DNA of 61,552 nt, counting the filler, from Syncephalis fuscata S228 (Eukaryota; Fungi; Zoopagomycota), in the NCBI GenBank assembly GCA_025786725.1. It is 3 parts of 3 records of this genome, joined end to end, with 100 filler letters (N's around TTAATTAATTAA, not from the genome) between each part and the next. Parts side by side here need not be neighbours in the genome. Positions count along the whole stretch, not along the records: positions 51,827 to 61,552 come from JAHLTZ010000305.1; 2 more parts are not named here. One strand, given 5' to 3'. Position 1 is the first letter of the stretch, and every line of letters begins with the position of its first letter. Shown in pieces: positions 52,629 through 61,552 of this stretch. The translations under genes and the position numbers were made by a program. The notes beneath the pieces were generated by a model. That model did no database searches. It saw only the letters and a list, made by a program, of their open reading frames with translations, and was not told the DNA's origin.

Positions 52629-54723
52629 TTTTAAATATGCAATGATAAATAATATATAAATATTTCTAGTAATATTTGATTTATAACTCAATAATAAATA
52701 AGTTTAATTAAGATACTTTAAAATACCATTACACCTTACATTATTCTAATGTTATCTTATAATTTTAATTTTGGTGTTTAATAGTACTTACGCTCGGAAT
52801 ACAGCGTGTCAGTTAGTTAATATTAATAATAATAACTTTGTTTATTCTATTAAATATAATGATATTCATGTTTGAATATTTATTAAATTGTATATATATA
52901 TATAAGTAAGTGAAGTGTGTGTACCAGTCGATAATAACGTAGAAAATAAACGAAATTACTGTAAAATAGAAGCAAATGAATAGAAGATGGAGCAATATGA
53001 GTGAGAATAAATAAATGCCATTAGAATGGATAAATGGTGTGAAAGTGGCCAACATTCATTAGTCAGTATACTTTTTATAGTCTTTTCTTATGTTTTGATA
53101 TAATTATCGCGGATGTTTAACACAATGTAAACTTCATACCTGATATTCTTTTATTATACATTTTAATTACACCGGAGGTACAACTGTAAGCTAAAAATTT
53201 AAGCTTCTTTTTCTTTCGCTGTGCTCTGTGTTTTTATTAATGTATAGCGATATACTTTAATTATTTGTTATAATTTCTATAACAGTGTGTTTGATCACAC
53301 TATTATTTCTTTCAACCATAAAACAACATACAATTCAATTATCATGCATTTTAAAAGTATTGCCGAGATTAAAGTGTCATTTGATCACTAATGTTTACCA
53401 ATTTAGTTTCAAAAGATTAACTAATTATTAGATGCATAATATCGAGTGTATTATTAAATGCTGTATACAGTGTTTTTTGCTTTTTGTGCTTTATTTCTGT
53501 TCAGTACTGTTGTTCTAGTTGTATCAACATTGCTTGAATTCTTACTAAACTTGATCTAACAGTATGATCTTAATGACTTACTTTTCGTTTATTAGCTCAA
53601 TGGTAAGACTAGATCAATTAATATTTAGATAGTCAATTGCTTTCATTGACCTATGTTTTAGTCGGTTGTTCTGCAAACAGTCTCGCTTGGTTTTTTGTCA
53701 AAGCCGCTTTTAGAAACATAGGCTATCAGCTAAACCTCAAGTGATTACTGCTTGGTGCGTGTTCTGTTGCTACTACGCATCCAAGTTTGACTTTATTTGA
53801 ATAAAGCTGCCTGGCGTGCATATCCTAGTAGCCACAAATTGTATTACATGTAATCTGATGAATACAAGCTATTTCTCAGTCGAACATTCAATGGTACGAA
53901 TAATTAAATGTAATAGTTTACTCTTAAGAATGCTGTGATGCATTCTACTACAACAGTTTCTATTGTACAGTCAATTCTCAGTGAGTTTTGTTTAGTTGTC
54001 ATCTCAAATACCAAAAGTTATACAGTGTGTGGTATCGATGCGCTTAGGAATAATTTCTTTGTAAATTTAATGCACTGCTTATTCTTGTAAAATTTCCATA
54101 ATGTCGAGTTGAATACACGCATGCACTAGTCAGCATATTTTTGTAACTAAACGAAACTCGGCTAATTTATGTATAACAGTAAATAACAGTATAAATACTA
54201 ATCTGATATATTAAACTTGTTATTGCGTGTTTTTTGCATGCTACTCGGTATGCATGCAGATATTGGGAACTGCACGAGTCAGTAAAAGCAACAACAAAAG
54301 ATAACGTCATTGCTTTTATAGAGCTAATCAATCCTCCCATTCTCACCATATAGCCAAATTGCACAATAAAAATACAGGTTAATATATACATATCTATCGC
54401 ATATTTACTGAATTAAGTTGGGTGGGTCATTGTTATTGCCGCACCATTTGCGTAAATGCCGAGCAGGCTGAAGTAAAGGCTGAACAGCATGCTATTACGG
54501 CATTGCTTTATTGGTTCACATTACACATCAATAGTATAGTTTAAAAATACATTGTGTCAATATTTCAGCATAGCCATAAATTTAAATAGCTCACACAATG
54601 TACACAACTAACTAGTGGTATCATCATCACGCTCTACTTTCTACAAAATACTCACTGTTACCCACTTTATCCCACTACACTATTGCTTATTCTACTTGTT
54701 TGACTTAACAAATCAATATCATT

Positions 54724-55610
54724 ATAAAGTTTTCTATCACCGTTGCCTGCGCACTCGTCGTGGCTTTTGTAACCACTACAGCCACTGTGAACGCTAAACC
54801 AACTCTAGCCTGTCGTGGTATGTTGTAATTACAATAAATGTTTAATAATGTTATGCTTACTAACGTTAGGACTAAATGATATTAACAACTTAATATTAGC
54901 TGGTAAGTGATATTGTATATGCATTAGCTATGTATTAATTAAATAATATTAAGAGCTAATAAGTGATATCGTATATTTATTACTTATACGCTAACCATAT
55001 GTTCTGTATTGTTTATATTGATTAATCAATATTGTTAATAAATAAACACATTGTGTATCAACTAATCAATTATTAATGCTGTGCTATATAATGTGCATAC
55101 TAATAAACTAATATTAATAAAATGCGAGTGAGAATTTATATTAACTAGCTATAAACTAATTGCATCCAATATATTTTATGTATGAACAAATAAATGTAAT
55201 AGCAGTAAATGACAGTTTATATGCAATAACTATACACTAATTACATGCTATGGTCTGCGGGTGTCAGCCACATGATACTAGTTGCTAAGTACTATTATAC
55301 ACTAATTAGTTATTTAATAATGGCGCCCATTTACTTTATATTAATAGCATAACATTAATAGAAAGTAAGTGACATTGTGTAATATTGATTATTCATTAAT
55401 GAAATGCTATTTAATTCATATATCAATAGCTTAATATTAACAGGATGTAAGTTGTATTGTAGTTAATTAGCTATGCGCTAATTACATGTTATGTACTGTG
55501 TCTATCAACAACCTAATATTAATAGGTTGTAAGCTATATTTTAGATTATCAGTTTATGCATTAATTATATGCCATGTAATATATTTATTTATAAATATAA
55601 ATAGTCGGCG
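54724..55610 (+). pseudogene. Degenerate paralog of the microexon signal-peptide gene
   Basis: 94-nt exon 1 (ATA instead of ATG; IKFSITVACALVVAFVTTTATVNAKPTLACR+G|GTATGT) and a nearly identical first intron. Intact TAG|CTG|GT 54900, TAG|AAA|GT 55362, CAG|GAT|GT 55444 and TAG|GTT|GT 55526, plus several decayed units. Confidence 0.8.
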
Positions 55611-56495
55611 TTTTAAGACACTAGCATTGATAGCACAATTTAAGATTATTTCAGTACACTTTAGTATATATTCGGTGGAGGCAAGAACATTTGATAAATA
55701 CACCGTTCAGTCCATTCATATATCAATTCATGGCTAATGCATCGGTTTATCCAGTGTTTAATCAATGGAATCATTATTTTATCAACAGGTTTGCATCTAG
55801 TTGTCTCTATTCAACTGTGCAAACTAGTAGTAATAAAATTATGCTTTCATTATAGCTATATTTAATCGAATTTTATATCCATAATCATGGCTTATTTGCA
55901 TTTAGTAATTAGCAAATATAATCATGTAGATAAACTAACAACAGATATGCAAAATTATATCATGTTAACTATACACACACATTGGTACACTACAACAGTA
56001 CTATTGTTCAAATAGCAATTTGAATGTAAATATTTTAATGATACATATTAACAATAAAATATGGCTAATAAAGCATAGAATTGTATACAAAAATAAATGG
56101 ACAAAAATGTATAAATAACAATAAAACTTTATTTTGTGCAACTAAGTGAAAGCAATGCACGAAGGCGCAATATATAACAAACAGTATTGGTAATACGCAA
56201 ACGATTTTTATTAATAATTTACGACTAGCATAAAATAAAATAATATATAATAAAGCTAATATAAAAAAATACATGAACATTAATGCTGAATGCATACTAT
56301 CGTGAATAAAATAATTAACTATATAATAAAATACTAATAAGGTGATTTCTACTTTATTATAATATGAGCAGATTATGTATGTATTTATATTGAGTGGCGC
56401 TACACAAATATCTGAATATATGTATATCAAGTAATCTCCAAGAGCTTCATACATTTGGCCCTATATCTAGACTGTGACATTATGACAGTATACAG

Positions 56496-57439
56496 CAATA
56501 CCAAAAAGTAACTCTAATGTAATTAGGTGGCAAAAGCAATAGTGATCATTCAATTAATAAATTGTTAATAGAATTAAGCAGAACTTTACGTACAATGAAG
56601 TAAATTGTTTGATATTTTGCACAAGTATGCACATGACATATATATGACTATTGGCAAACTATAGTGTTATTGTATTGAATAACGATACAATGATTGTGAT
56701 AACACACTAATAAATGTACAAAAATAGCAGTTTTTTACTGTTTATGGCTTGTATACTTAAATACGGCAAAATGATTAGCAGATTCGAGTTCCCCATGCTA
56801 AGCTGTACAAACTGGTATGGAATATAGAGCAATGATTTTTGCAACAAAAGTTGGTCAAAAATGTAATTTACGTATTAAACAAAAGCGATTAAAGTTTTGA
56901 TTTTAAAATTTTAATATAGAAAATGAAAGCAGATACGAGCTAACTTCAAAGCAATCTACAACGCTAAAAAGCACGATAGCAATTTACTGTACAAAAACAT
57001 TAATATGCAGTGACGATTTATGCCATGTATTTACATATAATGTAAATTTTTGTCAACTAATACGTAAATTACATTTTTGGCCAACTTTTGTTGCAAAAAT
57101 CGTTGCTCTATATTCCATACCAGTCTGTACAGCTTAGCATGGGGAACTCAAATCTGCTAATCATTTTGCCGTATTTAAGTATACAAGCCATAAACAGTAA
57201 AAAACTGCTATTTTTGTACATTTATTAGTGCGTTATCACAATCATTGCATCGTTATTCAATACAATAACACTATAGTTTGCCAATAGTCATATATATGTC
57301 ATGTGCATACTTGTGCAAAATATCAAACAATTTACTTCATTGTACGTAAAGTTCTGCTTAATTCTATTAACAATTTATTAATTGAATGATCACTATTGCT
57401 TTTGCCACCTAATTACATTAGAGTTACTTTTTGATATTG
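56496..57439. mobile_element. Long inverted repeat (382-bp arms, 180-bp spacer); possible foldback/MITE-like element
   Basis: 56496-56877 is the reverse complement of 57058-57439 with about 7 transition mismatches seen by eye; no ORF and no clear TSD. Confidence 0.7.
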
Positions 57440-58700
57440 TTGCATATTATTATAGCATCAAAATAATAATTTTACGTTTAAAATTTAAACTAGCGTTTTA
57501 TCAGCATTTTAAATTATTATAAATATAAAAAATCAATTTCACTGCAATATAGTTATTAAAATAAAATATTTTTACAATGGTTGTATTGTTATGATAATAT
57601 AGCCAAGACCTAAATTAAGTTATTAAATGATTTGTTGAGATCACATAGGATCAATCACAAGAATAGTACATATATGCCGGGTATAAGCAGTAATTGCTAT
57701 AACAAATAATCATTACAAATATATGAAGAGTAGCTATTTGTTTGTGGTAAATATGTGAATAGCTATATAAGCTGATAACACTGCATTAATGGTATATAGT
57801 ACAAAAAATTCAAGTTCTATCATTAGCTATTTCACTATATAACAATAGCATTATTTAATATCAATAAAAATATAAGCAATTTCTAGTTTCACTCTATTTC
57901 TACTTACTACCATACAAAGCTATTTAATCTATTATAGATGAACTGTGCTATTCAATGGCAAATAAAAAACAATTTTATTAACTATATGGTATTAACCAGT
58001 CAACACATTATATTCTATGCGTTAAGTATTAGTAAACCTTAAAATTGACATTATAAATAATGTTCGTATAAAGTGTTGCTTGATTATCTAAACTACAATT
58101 GTTAGATCTAGAACTGTAATAATATGGCGCGACAACGACGGCGTCTAAACAAGTAATATAAAGTATTGCTTCTGATGATAATTTACTAATCAAATTGAAT
58201 GTGGCATCTAACGTGCTCTACTTTGCAGTTAGTTCAGCTATGCCAAATAGTTAATTTAAAAAATAGCAGCATTAGTATAAAAGCTTCATTTTTAAAGTTG
58301 TCATTAGGTAGCAATTTGTTTATTTGAGACAAACACTTGCCTATTTACTAATTACTAATAGTGCTATTGGAATTTATTTCACGACTTATTTATAAACAAA
58401 TTCATTAATATATGATATTAATATACCAGTTTAGTTTAGTGTAAATCGATTAAAATCAAATTTCAAATAAAATCACTTATTTTCTTCAATACTTTTATAA
58501 TTTTAACGTAGTAATTTATGTAATAATAAAACGTAAATTATTTATTTGCAATATAGATGTAAGTATAAAAAGCACAATGATGGGTGGGTTGTTAAAAATA
58601 AAGATATAGCCAAGATTCAAATAGTAAATGTGGATTAATATGTATGTTCGTTACCTTTCAAATAACAAAAGAATGGATATTATAGTTTTAAATTTAAACA

Positions 58701-61552
58701 CTACTTCTTTGATTGCGACGACGAATCCTTCTTGTAGTGGAATCTTTCCTGTAACGTAACGCCGTAGCCCCATTTGGCTACACTGCCGCTGGCACGCCTG
58801 CGTAGGTAGCTTACACTACTACTGCTACTATTGCCCTCGCCTAGTCCATTAAGATTTGGAGTCGATCCAAATTGACTGGCATCGATGGGAAGTCCACCAA
58901 TACTGCCAGCGGTATTCGACCCTCCATTCATGATGCCACCTTTATTACGTGGTGGCTCTCGAACCAAGCTTAATCGATCGGCCACGGTGTCCTCCATCCA
59001 AGGACGTGTCACTAAGTGATGTACAATAAGGAATTGAGTGACACGCGTTGCATAGATTGCTTTGGCTACAGATGAGCTTCGTTCAGTCTGATCAACTGGC
59101 GAACTCATTGTTGATAACATGGCATTGGATGGAGTTCCTTGATCGGATAAGTTCATGCCATTGGCAGATAATGGTGCGTAAGGTGAACCCGATACCGATG
59201 TTGGTGTTATTGCCCCTGATCCAGGCAAACTGTTAGCACCGGTACTAAGTAGATTTGAGCCATTGACTGGTGGCGGAGAAGTAGTTCGTGTAATACCACT
59301 GACTACAGCTGGAAGTCGGTCCTGGGCACGCACTAGCCAGCCTTCTAGGCCCATACGCGATCCAAGTGATGAACTACGACGGTGCCGTAGCTTTTCTGGT
59401 GACATAGGAATGGCCAATCCGGGACTGGTATTGCTTGCATTGCCGTCAGATGTTGTAGGTAAATTGCTTTGAGATGGTGGTGAACTTAAATTGTTAAGTG
59501 ATGGTTGTCGTTGCATTGAATGTGATTGAGATGGTGATGCTTGTTGTTGTTGTTGTTGTTGTTGCTGAGGCGGCAGAGTTAAAGAGCCAAATAAAGCTGG
59601 TCTATTACGTGTACGTGATTTTAACATCCAACTAGGCGGTGTTGCAGGATAGTGGCACGATGCTAATGATAATTGCATTTGTCCTAGCAATTCTTGTACA
59701 CGTGCATCCTCTAATAAAGGTGTTCTAGCAGTCTTACATGCTGATGCCAAATAAGTGGCATCAAGTAAAAATACACTTAAACAAGGTACGTGCCAGCCGC
59801 TTGATGCGGCCTTGTTAAGTAGTTCACGATAACGCGAATAGTTATTATCCGGACTTACAAGTCGTTGTAGACGTTGGACGCGATACATATCACGTTTAGG
59901 AACATGGGCCCAAGTGCGTTTAAGGCGACGAATAGGCGGTGTTTGTAGGCCGCCTACTACGGCCAATAGCATCTGGTAGGAACGAAGGTCGCGTAGTGCC
60001 TTGGCCACTTTACTCCATCGATGCAGCATAGCTGTACGAGCTGTTGGCTCATCAAGTGATAGCAATGAATGTTCAACTAAGCGTGTAACATAGTTGAATA
60101 AATCAATTGATGCTTGTACTTGTGGGCTTGGGTTACGCGCTGAGTGTGATAGAATAGCCTCAGGTGGTATTTGTGAAAATAGCGTAGCATCTAGCAGTGT
60201 CAACTGATAAGCAACAATTCGATACGGGAAAGACTGAATAGTTGGTGTAGCGGCTGCAACTTGTACCAACGTAGCCAGATGATTCATTCCAGCACGTGTA
60301 TTAGTTATGCGGCGTTGTTGCTGTTCTACCAAACGTGCTTTAAATGCGCGTATCTCTGATACTTCTGGCGGTGCTACAAGTCCATGTGGCGTCTTGGCTA
60401 CCTCTGCTTCATATTGTGCCTCCATACCATTCTCTCTCCAAGCTGCTTCAATCGATAGTCCTTGTAAACGGCGTAGTTCTGCAATCTGTACCTCTAGTAC
60501 GTTTGTTAAATGAATATGCGTACTTAGTAGTGGAGAGCGTGGCACCATTGGTACTCGATCAGGCGGACGATGTGGATTAGAAGACGATGAAGAGACGGCA
60601 AGTCCATCAGTAGTACGGGCCGACGTCATATCATTGACATCGCAAAACATAGCCGGTAGAAAGTCGGGCGATACTTCTAGATTGGCTAGATCAGCCGTTG
60701 ATGCAGATGATATGACTGTTGCATTGCCCGGTGTCATTGACATCGAGTGTTGCAATGATTGTTCCATAGAAGATCTTGCAGAAATGGGCAGATAGCTAAG
60801 GGACGACGAACAAGAAGAAGGTGATGCCGTTGAATGAGGTCCAATATTATTGTACAATGCTTGATTAATTAACGAGTGGCCAGAGGATCGATGGACAACT
60901 GTAGCGGAACGTGTAGGGCCAATAGTGGCGTTAGAAGATGTCCCCGTGTTACGTAGTGAACGATGTGTAGCATGCTGATCCACAATATTGGCAACTGTCG
61001 TACGTGGGGAAGGCACTGCAGCTACCAAGTCTGCTATAGTCTGTGGAGTAGTTGTAGATGGAGTATTGGGTTCACTATTGGCACTATTCTTGGTAGAAGT
61101 ATTTACAGTGTTATGAGCCGGAGTGCGTGATGCAGCCGGTATACGGAATCGCCAATCAATCAATCCAAGGTCAGCCTCACATGGCAATGGACTTTCTGGT
61201 GGAATATCAAGAATAGGATCAGTTGGTGACACGTCCTCTTCATCCTCCTCTTCGCCAGATGATGAATCGGTGGCGTCAACAGGTGCCAATACATTAGAAA
61301 GTCTATCGTTAATAAGCGACCGTGCTCCAGGGTGTTGATATTCAGCCGAAGAGGTGGATGGACGTGGTGTGCCTGCATCTTTACTACGGAAACGTAAGGC
61401 ATCCAAGCTTTTAGTGCCGCGCATTCTTAATTGTGTACCTTGGTTACGAAGTGCTAAAGTACGACTTCTTTGTGGAGTAGTGCCCGGTATTGCTGCCGAA
61501 GGAGGGGCACTGTGGAAAAGAGTAATATTATTTGTAGTGCTATCAGGACTAA
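58701..61552 (-). CDS. RasGEF (CDC25-like catalytic domain) protein, long low-complexity flanks, probably 5'-partial
   Basis: VAYQLTLLDATLFSQI, IDLFNYVTRLVEHSLL, RTAMLHRWSKVAKALRDLRSYQMLLAVVGGLQTPPIRRLKRTW, SPDNNYSRYR, VPCLSVFLLD. The frame stays open upstream of 61424 to the window edge. Confidence 0.9.
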   Translation of the reverse strand, partial: SPDSTTNNITLFHSAPPSAAIPGTTPQRSRTLALRNQGTQLRMRGTKSLDALRFRSKDAGTPRPSTSSAEYQHPGARSLINDRLSNVLAPVDATDSSSGEEEDEEDVSPTDPILDIPPESPLPCEADLGLIDWRFRIPAASRTPAHNTVNTSTKNSANSEPNTPSTTTPQTIADLVAAVPSPRTTVANIVDQHATHRSLRNTGTSSNATIGPTRSATVVHRSSGHSLINQALYNNIGPHSTASPSSCSSSLSYLPISARSSMEQSLQHSMSMTPGNATVISSASTADLANLEVSPDFLPAMFCDVNDMTSARTTDGLAVSSSSSNPHRPPDRVPMVPRSPLLSTHIHLTNVLEVQIAELRRLQGLSIEAAWRENGMEAQYEAEVAKTPHGLVAPPEVSEIRAFKARLVEQQQRRITNTRAGMNHLATLVQVAAATPTIQSFPYRIVAYQLTLLDATLFSQIPPEAILSHSARNPSPQVQASIDLFNYVTRLVEHSLLSLDEPTARTAMLHRWSKVAKALRDLRSYQMLLAVVGGLQTPPIRRLKRTWAHVPKRDMYRVQRLQRLVSPDNNYSRYRELLNKAASSGWHVPCLSVFLLDATYLASACKTARTPLLEDARVQELLGQMQLSLASCHYPATPPSWMLKSRTRNRPALFGSLTLPPQQQQQQQQQASPSQSHSMQRQPSLNNLSSPPSQSNLPTTSDGNASNTSPGLAIPMSPEKLRHRRSSSLGSRMGLEGWLVRAQDRLPAVVSGITRTTSPPPVNGSNLLSTGANSLPGSGAITPTSVSGSPYAPLSANGMNLSDQGTPSNAMLSTMSSPVDQTERSSSVAKAIYATRVTQFLIVHHLVTRPWMEDTVADRLSLVREPPRNKGGIMNGGSNTAGSIGGLPIDASQFGSTPNLNGLGEGNSSSSSVSYLRRRASGSVAKWGYGVTLQERFHYKKDSSSQSKK

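Noticed and set aside
56065-56454. Hydrophobic 129-aa ORF (similarly 39403-39621, 52813-53055, 55486-55737)
   Set aside because: F/I/L/Y-rich translation expected from very AT-rich non-coding DNA; no motifs.
59048-61402. Short antisense or alternative-frame ORFs overlapping RasGEF (similar ones overlap GAD, Nup160, RCD1, Hsp20, Pol eta and the CGS genes)
   Set aside because: Shadow ORFs of real coding sequence, with no independent support.

Overview
AT-rich, gene-dense eukaryotic (fungal) DNA with many short GT-AG introns. Gene content and intron style suggest an early-diverging aflagellate fungus, possibly a Zoopagomycota mycoparasite such as Syncephalis (inference only). The window is three contigs joined by N-TTAATTAATTAA-N linkers (25992-26091 and 51727-51826). 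Housekeeping genes: LAMTOR5, CFAP20, enolase-phosphatase E1, glutamate decarboxylase, Nup160, VAMP7, Rcd1/CNOT9, Hsp20, NIMA/Nek kinase, MYST acetyltransferase, DNA polymerase eta, two cystathionine gamma-synthase-like genes, SART3/Prp24 and a RasGEF. Accessory content: a 4-copy multi-pass membrane protein cluster, a GH46 chitosanase, a LINE relic and a 382-bp inverted repeat. Main finding: the ~5.8-kb apparent satellite at ~3060-8900 reads on the minus strand as about 74 tandem ~79-bp units, each a spliceosomal intron (GTAAGT...TACTAAY...YAG) plus a 3-nt (sometimes 15-nt) exon. It lies downstream of a 94-nt signal-peptide exon. This points to a secreted-peptide gene built largely from single-codon-sized microexons, with a stop-free spliced frame. 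A degenerate paralog with the same architecture is at ~54.7-55.85 kb. All counts were made by eye and splicing is untested.
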